From assembly GCF_035084215.1 (NCBI RefSeq), contig NC_090365.1, positions 2,668,001 through 2,732,000 of the forward strand: a stretch of DNA of 64,000 nucleotides. The letters are read 5' to 3'. Within the stretch, counting starts at the first letter, position 1, and each line of letters begins with the position of its first letter. Origin of the DNA: Heptranchias perlo (taxonomy: Eukaryota). Position numbers and translations under genes: made by a program. Shown piece by piece: positions 26,022 to 36,746 of the stretch. The notes beneath the pieces are model-generated. The model saw only the letters and a program-made list of their open reading frames with translations. It searched no databases and was not told the DNA's origin.

Positions 26022-27448
26022 CTCTAGCACCTGAATTTGATTCCAATCTTAAACTGATTGGATGAAGGTCTGTGTTGACTGTAAAAGTCCACAACCCAGG
26101 GTTCCAGTGAGTCTTAAGGCCTGCGCAGAAAGCTACATAAATTATCATCAGTTGCCACTAAATTGGCAACCAGAATGGCTGGTGTGGGAAATGGAATTGA
26201 TGCAAAAGCAGAGTCAGGTTTGCTTTTTTTTTTTGAGATTGAGGGACTGAGGGATATTGTTTGAGCAAAAAACAAGGGGAGCTGCCCTCTGTGTCTAACC
26301 CGTGTTATACCTGACCCGGTATGGTTTGGTACTGAGTCCGTGCATGGAGTGTTTCATTGCTCATCTCTGCTCAATTGAGTGCAAAATTTCATGAAGAAAT
26401 GAGGTGTGAAAAATGGGGGGAGGGAGAAGCAAAGTAAAAAATCTAACTTCAGAGTACAAGTTGAAACCAACTGCCTGTATCTGAGGGAGGGTCTGTGTGC
26501 TGAGTTACCTCGTCCCATTTCGCCTTTCAGTAGTTCCATCAAATGCCACATTCCTCCTTTTGAAACAGACTGACAGATGGTGTTTAGAGGATGCCCTTTA
26601 CATGCTGCGATGGAGTTTGCATCACTTGTGTGTTATGAATCTGTCTGTTGTGTAAATATGTACTGGAATAGAGCTGCTTGGACCTGAATCCATGAGACTA
26701 TATGGGGTCTGGAGTCAGTGTTGAGGACGGCACGTACCCGGGGATGGCGATGGAGGAGTCTGGGATATTGGCCGATAGGTACGATTCTGTGGGTGACGTC
26801 GAGCTGTTTAACTAGCCTGCGGGACTGCTCTCCCAACTTGGGCACCAGGACCTGGGTGTCGGAGAGGAAGACCTTGCAGGGCTAACTGGACTGAGATTGC
26901 CTTCCTCTTATCCAGATGCAAGGCCTGGGTCATTGCTGATAGGCCCGTCCGATTTTCTTCTTCCTGAACGTTTGCAGCGATTGTAGGCAGCTGGGAGCGG
27001 TATTCAGAGTCACGCACATAGTGTGGGACTGGAGTCACGTATAGGCCAGAGCGGATATGGGATGGAAGGCCCTTTCCTGAAGGACGTTGGTGAGGGAGTT
27101 GGGTTTATACAACAATCCGGAGGCGTTCCTGGTTATTTTTCTGGAGCTTTATTGAAGTTCAACGTCACAACTTAACCGCGGTGCAATTTGAACTCTTGAT
27201 CTTTGGGTCGCTCTCCTGGTGCCATAACCACTAGGCTTGAGTTAATGGCGTCTCTCAGTTGTCCCCTTTAGTTTGCTTTAAGTTTTTGGAACTGGAGGCA
27301 ACCTGGAAGGGGACACTTTGAGGAGAACTTCCTCCCCCCACCCCAGGTGACATTGTGAATTGGAAGTGAACAAAATGGCAGCCCCCAGGCCTGCCCCAGT
27401 TGGATCTCTTGTTATTTTGGCTCTTTCTGTCCCCCCCCCCCCCCACAG

Positions 27449-27608
27449 CTGGATGGCAGTGACTCCCGCTCCGGCAGCAATCTCTCGTTAGCCAAGATTC
27501 GGCCCAGCAACGAGCTGAACACCAGCACCACGAGCCAAACCTCGACGCACAGCAGGAGCCAACGCAGCTCGTCTACTTACCATCGACAGCGCCGGCACAG
27601 TGACTTCA
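27449..27608 (+). CDS. MARK4: MARK4 exon 12 (LDGSDSRSGSNLSLAK...YHRQRRHSDF)
   Basis: ccacag|...|gtgagt, 160 nt; not in the ORF track, translated by hand. Confidence 0.93.
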
Positions 27609-27759
27609 GTGAGTAAAACACGGGGCCCTTTCCGAGAGTGTTCTGTGCCTTGTCCGTCCTGGGCCGCGCTGAGGGAGATCGAGGGGAGGCCGTGCAGGCC
27701 CCAATCCCAAAATAAAACACTTTTCCTTTCCTTGGGTCAACCCCTCTAACTCACTGTCT

Positions 27760-28378
27760 CAACAACAACAACATGCATTTATATAGCGCCTTTAACATAG
27801 CAAAACGTCCCAAGGCGCTTCACCTCTGGATCAGAAGGTGGTGGGCTCAAGGCCTTGAGCACATAATCTAGGCTGACGGGCAGAGCACCAAACCCATCTC
27901 GTGTCCGCACATGACTTTTCAGCCACGCTGAAGTTTGGCTGATGTGGGAAATGGAATCGCAAGTTGTTCTGGGATAAATATTGGCCCCGGGGAGAACTCC
28001 CCCCTGCTCTTCGAAATAGTGGCCGTGGGATCATTTATGTCCACCTGAGAGGGCAGACGGGGCCTCGGTTTAACGACTCGCCCGAGATACAGCGCCTCCG
28101 ACAGTGCAGCACTCTGTGGGAGTGTCGGCCCGGATTACGTGCTCCAGTCTCTGGAGTGGGTCTTGAACCCACGACCTTCTGACTCACGACCCGCTGAGCC
28201 ACTGACGGCTAACCTGATCTGGGAGTGCTGGTCGCTGACACCTGTATTGCCTTCTAGCAACATAAGAACAGGAGGAGGCCATTCAGCCCCTCGAGCCTGT
28301 TCCGCCATTCAATGAGATCATGGCTAATCTTTGACCCAACTCCGTATACCCGCCTTAGTCCCATATCCCTTAATCTCA
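27760..28378. mobile_element. Cluster of L2 tail, Deu-SINE (-) and CR1 tail (-) fragments
   Basis: Homology to other copies in the window. Confidence 0.65.
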
Positions 28379-28449
28379 ATCTGAGAGGAAGGACAGAGTT
28401 TGTTACCATCTGAAAGATTAACGGGATCGAGGGTTGTTTCCCTTTGCAG

Positions 28450-28661
28450 GTGGTCCAGCGGCCCCGACCTCTCACCCCAAACGGAGCCAGACCAGCACGG
28501 CGGACAACGACCTGAAAGAGGAACGGATTCCGTCGCGGAAAGTGAGCGGCAGCACGGTCAGCAACCGAGGGGCCCCGCCCTCCAGTCCCATGGTCAGCAG
28601 TGCCAACAATCCCAACAAGTCGGAGATCCCGGACCGGAGGAAAGTCTCCGGCCCCACTAAC
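28450..28661 (+). CDS. MARK4: MARK4 exon 13 ([16 protein letters not shown]...KVSGPTN)
   Basis: ttgcag|...|gtaagg, 212 nt, phase-compatible with neighbours. Confidence 0.93.
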
Positions 28662-28971
28662 GTAAGGAAATGGGAAAGGAGAATCTGGAGGGGGGAGGCG
28701 CGGGGTAAGGCAGAGCCGCTCGCTAACTCTGCCCTGAGTGGCGTAAACCCAACCCCACCGTCGGTCAGGGGACAATGCTCCAACGCGGAGTGATGGGACG
28801 TGGGCCTGGGACCGTGATTTCACCCCCCCGCCCCCCCGCCCCCACTCAATGAGCCTTGGAGTCCAGACAGGTCTCCGTCGGGTGGCTTCCAAGTGGAGGG
28901 CAAGCAGTAGCCACAGGAGGAACGAAACGATAGGACCAGACGTCCTATTTGAACAGAGGCATTCCATGTGA

Positions 28972-29320
28972 GGCTGCAGATAGTGACGCCACTATTCCCG
29001 GCCGGAATGGAGATGATTGGATAATTCCCCCGTCAACCACGCCTGGAGACTGCCCTGCTGTAAGCGACTGGGATTGATTTTATGCACATAATTTGTATTA
29101 TGTAACTATCCTCCACTCACTGCAATTTGCTGGAGAAATCACCCTGCTTTTATCGGGAGAAGTTGCTGTAGTTTGTAGAGATTCTTTTTGAATAGACTCT
29201 GTTTACTGAGTAAATAGACTCTGTTTGCTGTAAAATAGACTGTTCGCTGTGAGTCCTGCCGTAAGTCCCGCCCTGCCTCCAACTCATTGGCTGACGCAGC
29301 AGTGTCAGTAGACTTGCAGC
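28972..29320 (+). mobile_element. Unclassified interspersed element, copy 2
   Basis: Start GGCTGCAGATAGTGACGCCACTATT is shared with the copy at 22768. Confidence 0.55.
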
Positions 29321-29399
29321 AAAGGAGAGTAATTGGCGCTAAGTTCGGGCTCAGTCAACCTGTCACATCTGGGCAGGCCGTATACGGAGGCACATGGAG

Positions 29400-29771
29400 T
29401 AGGGTTGCCAACTCTGGTTGGACATATTCCTGGAGGTTTCGTCACATGATCACCTGCGTCCAACCGCCCCGCCCCCACACTCCCGCCATTGGTCACCCGA
29501 TGTGTCCATCCTCGTGGCACCCCACCCTCCCGTAGCCAATTGGAAAGCAAACAGACTCTTCATTACCTGATTGGGTGATTCTTGACTCTGTCAAACAGCC
29601 TTCCTCCCCCATGTCCAATATTTTTATAACTAATAAACAAAATTGTGCAAAGAAAATTTATAAAGTACACACCATTTTTTTTCTCCAAGGTGTTGCTGGT
29701 AGCAGTGTCCTGGAGATTAATCTTTAATTCCAGGAGACTCCAGGGCAATCCTGGAGGGTTGGCAACCCCTA
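29400..29771 (+). mobile_element. hAT-type MITE with perfect 8-bp TSD ACATGGAG
   Basis: TIRs TAGGGTTGCCAAC / GTTGGCAACCCCTA; TSD at 29392-29399 and 29772-29779. Confidence 0.9.
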
Positions 29772-30299
29772 ACATGGAGCAGCAGGTCTGCCATGGGCCA
29801 TAGGTGAAGGGGAGGTGGGAGGGAAATGGTGAGTTATGGGATGTCACTGCTAACCGGGAAATTCAGGAAGACGGCATTTAATCCCACTAAAGAAATTGGC
29901 CTGTGATTTTTCTTTTTGAGATGACGTCTGTCAGCCAAGTCAAACAGAAGTCATCGCTTCACCCACACACTCGCTCGATATAGCAGCATGCTTGAGTCAC
30001 TTCATTAGCATGCCGAACATGCAGATGGAAGAAAAGTCGGCCCCCACAGTTTCTATATCTGCAAAATGTTGTTCAACTGAAAATGTCGCTCTCTCGCAGG
30101 GTGACTGTAACCCAAGGTGGAGGGTTGCTTCGTGAGTTGTAGTTAAAGGCCACGTATGATGGTCACATGGAAGGCAAAGTCCCCTCCCGTCAAGTCAAGA
30201 AAATTCCACTCATCAGATCCCCCATCAACCAATGGGGCTTCCAGAGAGCGGGAAATTTGATTTTGATGTACGCTGACCCCTTCCTTCCTTTCCTTTCCT

Positions 30300-31500
30300 C
30301 GTTCTCTCTCTCCCGCTCCCGTTCGCTCTCTCTCTCCCGCTCCCGTTCGCTCTCTCTCTCCCGCTCCCGTTCGCTCTCTCTCTCCCGCTCCCGTTCGCGC
30401 GCTCTCCCGCTCCCGTTCGCGCGCTCTCCCGCTCCCGTTCGCGCGCGCTCTCCCGCTCCCGTTCGCGCGCTCTCTCTCCCGCTCCCGTTCGCGCGCTCTC
30501 TCCCGCTCCCGTTCGCGCGCTCTCTCCCGCTCCAGTTCGCGCGCTCTCTCCCGCTCCCGCTCGCGCGCTCTCTCCCGCTCCCGCTCGCGCGCTCTCTCCC
30601 GCTCCCGCTCGCGCGCTCTCTCTCCCGCTCCCGCGCGCGCTCTCTCTCCCGCTCCCGCGCGCGCTCTCTCTCCCGCTCCCGCGCGCGCTCTCTCTCCCGC
30701 TCCCGCGCGCGCTCTCTCTCCCGCTCCCGCGCGCGCTCTCTCTCCCGCTCCCGCGCGCGCTCTCTCTCCCGCTCCCGCGCGCGCTCTCTCTCCCGCTCCC
30801 GCGCGCGCTCTCTCTCCCGCTCCCGCGCGCGCTCTCTCTCCCGCTCCCGCGCGCGCTCTCTCTCCCGCTCCCGCGCGCGCTCTCTCTCCCGCTCCCGCGC
30901 GCGCTCTCTCTCCCGCTCCCGCGCGCGCTCTCTCTCCCGCTCCCGCGCGCGCTCGCTCTCCCGCTCCCGCGCGCGCTCGCTCTCCCGCTCCCGCGCGCGC
31001 TCGCTCTCCCGCTCCCGCGCGCGCTCGCTCTCCCGCTCCCGCGCGCGCTCGCTCTCCCGCTCCCGCGCGCGCTCTCTCTCCCGCTCCCGCGCGCGCTCTC
31101 TCCCGCTCCCGTTCGCGCGCTCTCTCCCGCTCCCGTTCGCGCGCTCTCTCCCGCTCCCGCTCGCGCGCTCTCTCCCGCTCCCGCTCGCGCGCTCTCTCCC
31201 GCTCCCGCGCGCGCTCTCTCTCCCGCTCCCGCGCGCGCTCTCTCTCCCGCTCCCGCGCGCGCTCTCTCTCCCGCTCCCGCGCGCGCTCTCTCTCCCGCTC
31301 CCGCGCGCGCTCTCTCTCCCGCTCCCGCGCGCGCTCTCTCTCCCGCTCCCGCGCGCGCTCGCTCTCCCGCTCCCGCGCGCGCTCGCTCTCCCGCTCCCGC
31401 GCGCGCTCGCTCTCCCGCTCCCCGCGCGCGCTCGCTCTCCCGCTCCCGCGCGCGCTCGCTCTCCCGCTCCCGCGCGCGCTCTCTCTCCCGCTCCCGCGCG
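30300..31500. repeat. GC-rich 22-24-bp minisatellite (CCCGCTCCCGCGCGCGCTCTCTCT)n
   Basis: About 50 variant units, CpG-dense. Confidence 0.97.
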
Positions 31501-31590
31501 CCTTTCTCGTTTGCGCTCTCCCGCCCCTCTATATCTGTTCTGTATCTATCTTTCTCCGCTGTACCTCTATTTCTATAGCCGCGTACATGA

Positions 31591-31739
31591 ACACCAGGAA
31601 TTTCTTCGGGGCTTCTCCCGATTGGCCGCTGCACATTTGGAGGAAGATCGGCGGGTAGACACGGTAACAGGATTTTCACTGATCTTCAGCCAAAGTTTTG
31701 CCGGCTGATCGGAAGAACTCCTGAAGAAATTCCCGGCGT
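31591..31739. repeat. Long imperfect inverted repeat (foldback hairpin)
   Basis: Outer 38-bp stem paired by hand (4 mismatches, 4 G-U on +), plus a looser inner stem. Confidence 0.75.
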
Positions 31740-31844
31740 ACAAGTGTCGCAAATGGCCGGTGCACAGAAGCTTCTTTCCTGTGTCATGATTTTTGTGTCA
31801 ATATTTGTATAATGGGAAAAGCCTCCCTCCCTGTTATGTTGCAG

Positions 31845-32205
31845 TTTGATGGAAGGGTTCAAATAAAGTAAATAAAGAGAAACTATTCCCATTGGCGGAA
31901 GGGTCGAGCACCAGAGGGGACAGATTTAAGGTAATTGGCCAAAGATCCAGAGGCGACATGAGGAAAAACTTTTTTACGCAGCGAGTTGTTCTGATCTGGA
32001 ATGCGCTGCCTGAAAGGGCGGTGGGAGCAGATTCAATAATAACTTTCAAAAAGGGAACTGGATAAATACTTGAAGGGAAAAAAATTTGCAGGGCTACGGG
32101 GAAAGAGCAGGGGGAGTGGGACTAACAGGATTGCTCTTGCAAAGAGCCGGCATAGGCTCGATGGGCGAATGGCCTCCTGTGCTGTAACTATTCTTTGATT
32201 CTATG
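31845..32205 (+). mobile_element. CR1 LINE 3' fragment
   Basis: KLFPL..GS.TRG..FKV...FFTQRVV..WNALP and TTCTATGA tail. Confidence 0.85.
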
Positions 32206-32467
32206 AACTGCAGGCCTCCCGCCACCAGACGGTGCTGTGGTTCGAATCGCCGACCTCTGGCCACCATTTTTTTTCCCCTGCCCAGTTTGAGTGTTTTTTG
32301 TTCATTTATTGAGCGCTTGAAACCCAATTTTTTTTTGGTGTTTTTCATCCAATAAATTGCCCCCACCTCTCCCCGCTCCCCCCCCCCCTTGCAAGCTTCA
32401 CCCGCAAAGCCCTTGGCCTATTAGTGGCTGCCCAATTCTGGATCTCAGGCCACAGCTGCCCCCAAAC

Positions 32468-32740
32468 CAGGGTTGCCAACTCTGGTTGAACTTATTCCTG
32501 GAGGTTTCATCCCATGACCTCCTGCCTTGGTCAAACGGTCTTTATTCTCCCAATCGCCAATATTTTTACAGCTAATAAATGAAAGCGTTCAAAGCAACTG
32601 GAAAAAAAATCACACTTTTCTTCTGTGTTGGCCCTATGATTCTTCTCCAACAGGTGTTTGCTCGCTGCGATGTCCAGGAGGTTAATCTTTAATTCCTGGA
32701 GACTCCAGGGCAATCCTGGGGGGGGGGTTGGCAACCCCTA
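32468..32740 (+). mobile_element. hAT-type MITE, TSD CCCCAAAC/ACCCAAAC (7/8)
   Basis: CAGGGTTGCCAAC ... GTTGGCAACCCCTA termini. Confidence 0.85.
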
Positions 32741-33015
32741 ACCCAAACGTCCTCTTTGTTTTCCTCAGTAGTTCGGTGCTTGGCCTCGGGCCTCCCCGCA
32801 AGGCTTGTTTCGGGCTGCCGGCTTGTGCCTGTCTCCCTTGCCGAGTTTCATATCCTCGTTGGTACAGCTGTCTGGTTCCTGATCCTGCCAAATCTGTCAT
32901 GAGGGACCGTCTTATGTGGTCACAGGGCAGTGAAAAGCACTGACACAGGAGGTTGACTAACATTATATAAAACTGGTGTCCTGTGGCTAGTGAGTGGGCC
33001 TCACTTTGCCATACA

Positions 33016-33340
33016 AAGGAACAGGGGGAGGCCATTCAGCCCTTCGAGCCTGTTCTGCCATTCAATTAGATCATGGCTGATCTGTATCTTAACTCCATCT
33101 ACCCGCCTTGCTTCTGTAACTCTTAATACCTCTTACCCAACAATAATCTATCGATCTTCATTTTGAAATTTTCAATTGGCCCCCAGCTTTTTGAGAGTTC
33201 CAGATTCCCACTCCCCTTTGTGTGAAGAAATGCTTCCTGACATCACCCCTGAACGGCCCGGCTCTAATTTTAAGGTTATTCCCCCTTGCTCTGGACTCCC
33301 CCCACCAGAGGAAATAGTTTCTCTCTATCGACCCTTTCAA
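33016..33340 (-). mobile_element. CR1 LINE 3' fragment
   Basis: Reverse complement of the 22090-22450 subfamily. Confidence 0.85.
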
Positions 33341-33659
33341 ACGCAGTCATGCTTGGGACAGAGAGCCAGTTTTTTTCACCTAGAATCCAAAATCTACAAG
33401 CAGTTTACTGTCCTCTGACCCTGAGTCCAGGAGCTAGAATAACCTGGGCTCCCACAGAGAGAGAGCACTTGAGCAGTGGCCTTAAAGGGACAGGCCATGT
33501 TATTAGCTAAACGTCACAACCATACCCGGCCAACTCAGCCACCAGGGGGCGCGCCGATCACCCGTGGTTTGGCTGAAAGTGAAGGGAGAAATTATGGAAT
33601 CTCTTTTTTAAAAATAACCAAATAAATAAAAAAAACCTTTTTCCCTTTCCCCGCCTCAG

Positions 33660-33763
33660 AATAATATCCCAGCCAGTGCCATGAGCAGGAGGAATACCTA
33701 CGTGTGCACAGACCGGACTCCCAACGACAGGCAATCACTCCTACAAAATGGAAAGGAGAACAG
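33660..33763 (+). CDS. MARK4: MARK4 exon 14 (NNIPASAMSRRNTYVCTDR...NGKEN)
   Basis: cctcag|...|gtaatt, 104 nt; conserved RRNTY motif; translated by hand. Confidence 0.93.
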
Positions 33764-33939
33764 GTAATTGCTTTAAAAACTCCCTTCGTTTCAGAGGGAC
33801 CTGCCTGGGGCTCTTGTTTAAACACAGGTCTGGAAGTCTGTAACGTCGTCACTACAGCATCACCAAGGTAAGGAACAGCGCATTTTTAAAAATTGACCCT
33901 TGTTATTGTTAAAGGGTCAGTATGTGTAGAGTTCGTCGG

Positions 33940-34346
33940 CCTTGCCCTGCTGAATAAACAGTGATTCTGTACAGTTACACAGTGAGTAATCCTTACCCTG
34001 CTGAATAAACAGTGATTCTGTACAGTTACACAGTGTGTAATCCTTACCCTGCTGAATAGACAGTAATTCTGTACAGTTACACAGTGAGTAATCCTTACCC
34101 TGCTGAATAGACAGTGATTCTGTACAGTTACACAGTGACTAATCCTTACCCTGCTGAATAGACAGTGATTCTGTACAGTTACACAGTGTGTAATCCTTAC
34201 CCTGCTGAAGAGACAGTAATTCTGTACAGTTACACAGTGAGTAATCCTTACCCTGCTGAAGAGACAGTAATTCTGTACAGTTACACAGTGAGTAATCCTT
34301 ACCCTGCTGAAGAGACAGTAATTCTGTACAGTTAAACAGTGAGTAA
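33940..34346. repeat. 51-bp minisatellite x about 8
   Basis: Unit approx. CCTTACCCTGCTGAATAGACAGTGATTCTGTACAGTTACACAGTGAGTAAT. Confidence 0.95.
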
Positions 34347-34614
34347 CCAGACGCACTGAGACCAAATGTAGTTTCCCTCAACAGCCACGACTGAGATGAT
34401 GTAATTGATGGGTACGATGCTGGAGCACCATCCCAGAGGTCAAATCCCACCGTGGCATGTTGTGAAATTGAATTCAATAGATCTGGTTTAAAAAAAAATG
34501 ACCATGAAAGCTGCCAGATTGTGGTTTAAAAACCCAACTGGTTCACCAAGGACAGGAACGCCATCCCTACACAGTCTGACCTACACGTGACTCCAGTCTC
34601 ACATTAAGTAATTG

Positions 34615-35087
34615 ACTCGCACCAAGTCCCGTTCTCCCATCACCCCCTGTGCTCGCTGACCTACGTTGGCTCCCGGTCCAGCAAGGCCTCAGTTTTTTAA
34701 ATTCTCATCCTTGTGTTCAAATCTCTCCATGGCCTCGCCCCCCTCCCTATCTCTGTAACCTCCTCCAGCCCAATAACCCTCCGAGATCTCCACGTTCCTC
34801 CAATTCTGGCCTCTTGCGCATCTCTGATTTTAATCGCTCCACCATTGGCGGCCGTGCCTTCAGCTGCCTGGGCCCTAAGCTCTGGAATTCCCTCCCTAAA
34901 CCTCTCCGCCTCTCTCTCCTCCTTTAAGACTCTCCTTAAAACCTACCTCTTTGACCAAGCTTTTGGTCACCTGTCCTAATATCTCCTTATGTGGCTCGGT
35001 GTCAAATTTTGTTTGATAATCGCTCCTGTGAAGCACCTTGGGACGTTTTACTACGTTAAAGGCGCTATATAAATGCAGGTTGTTGCT
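34615..35087 (+). mobile_element. L2 LINE 3' fragment
   Basis: LADLRWLPVQQ...KLWNSLP...LFDQAF and L2 tail. Confidence 0.88.
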
Positions 35088-35229
35088 GTTTCCCTCTTAA
35101 GTGTCGTAGCAAACCACCAGCACCTCAGGAGCAACGAGGGACAGGCAATAAATGCCGGGCTTGCCAGTGACGCCCACACCCCGATCGTAAATGTGTTTAA
35201 ATGTACTTTTTGTTTTGAACTCTTTGCAG

Positions 35230-35487
35230 CTCAGTGGTGAATCGAGCCACTCCGACCTCGCCCTCGACCCACAGCATCGCAGCTACGTCCGAGCGCACGC
35301 GCTTCCCCAGGGGCACGTCCAGCCGGAGCACTTTCCACGGCGGGCAGCTGCGAGACCGCCGGGGGACGGCTCACAACGGGTCGCCCACCTCGCCTACCCT
35401 GTCGCCCGACGCCACGCCCTTGCCCCAAACTCGCAGCCGGGCCTCCTCCAACCTCTTCTCCAAACTGACCTCAAAGTTGACTCGAAG
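35230..35487 (+). CDS. MARK4: MARK4 exon 15 (SVVNRATP...RSTFHG...[11 protein letters not shown])
   Basis: ttgcag|...|gtaaga, 258 nt; RSTFHG motif (aPKC-type site in PAR-1/MARK). Confidence 0.94.
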
Positions 35488-35544
35488 GTAAGAGCATGTT
35501 CTGTTAAACTTGTATCGAGCCTCGGTTAGAGCACGCTCGGGGTA

Positions 35545-36092
35545 CTGTGCACAGTCCTGGTCTCCGTATTATTAAAAGGATACAGAGGCACCAGAGAGGG
35601 TGCAAACAAAGATTTACTAGGATGATACCAGAACTGAGAGGTTATACCTATCGGGGAAGATTGAACAGGCTGGGGCTCTTTTATCTCGAAGAGAGAAGGC
35701 TGAGGGGTGACCTGATAGAGGTCTTTACGATTATGAAGGGGTTTCGATAGGGTAGACGTAGAGAAAATGTTTCCACTTGTTGGGGAGGCTAGAACTAGGG
35801 GACCATAAATATAAGATAGTCACTAATAAATCCAACAAGGAATTCAGGAGAAACTTCTTTACCCAGAGAGTGGTGAGAATGTGGAACTCGCTCCCACAAG
35901 GAGTAGTTGAGGTGAATAGTGTAGATGGATTTAAGGGGAAGCTGGATAAACACGAGGGAGAAAGGAATTGAAGGATATGCTGATAGGGTGAGATGAAGTA
36001 GGGAGGGAGGAGGCTCGTGTGGGGCATAAACACCGGGATGGACCAGTTGGGCCGAACGGCCTGTTTCTGTGCTGTAAATTCTATGTAATTCT
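35545..36092 (+). mobile_element. CR1 LINE 3' fragment
   Basis: RFTRMIPELRG...RRNFFTQRVVRMWNSLP. Confidence 0.88.
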
Positions 36093-36663
36093 TTATAATG
36101 ACGTGTGAGTTGTGAAGTCATCCTGCACCTGGAAGGAAAACAACCGAGGGTTTTTGGGGGGGGGGGGGCCACGGGTCGGGTTGGGGGGTGACCGCGGGGT
36201 CTTGGTGCGATGCAGGGCTCTCTCTCCCTCTCCCTCTCCTCTTTCCCCACCAAGGCGTTCCCCTGGCAACCAGCTGGTTTCCCCACCAACCTTTTCTTTC
36301 CTTGTAAATAACATCATGTGGGAATTGTATCAAATTTATGGTCAGACCCTAATTCAGGAGAACATGATCACCGACTCGACACCTGAGGGGGGCAATGGGC
36401 GGGGTGGGGATTCAGCAGGAGTCGTATTTTTGAGGTTGAGGAAGACGAGGGGGGGGGGGCGGGGAACGTTCAGAGGAGCAGCGAAGGGACATTTGGAGTA
36501 TTTCAATAACTACAATTGGATGTCCTCTGAAAAGGACAATTATTTACCTGGGCCCATGAAGCAAAACAAAGTCCCAACTAGTGAACGATTTAAAAAGCAA
36601 AAACACTCGGTCTCGTTGCTTCACCTTTCTGCTGTCTAATTCTGCTTATCTTTCCTTTCCTAG

Positions 36664-36746
36664 GGTCACTATTGACCCATCAAAACGGCAGAGTGCCAAC
36701 AAAAGTGTGCCAGGGAATCCCCTCCCGCAGGGATCCAAGACCGTTA
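36664..36746 (+). CDS. MARK4: MARK4 alternative exon 16, MARK4S-specific and frameshifting (VTIDPSKRQSANKSVPGNPLPQGSKTV)
   Basis: tcctag|...|gtaagt, 83 nt (2 mod 3); resembles human MARK4S VTLDPSKRQNSNRCVSGASLPQGSKI as recalled. Confidence 0.85.

Noticed and set aside
30167..31708. RS-rich 513-aa ORF resembling an SR protein
   Set aside because: No synonymous variation and no RRM; it is the GC-rich intronic satellite.
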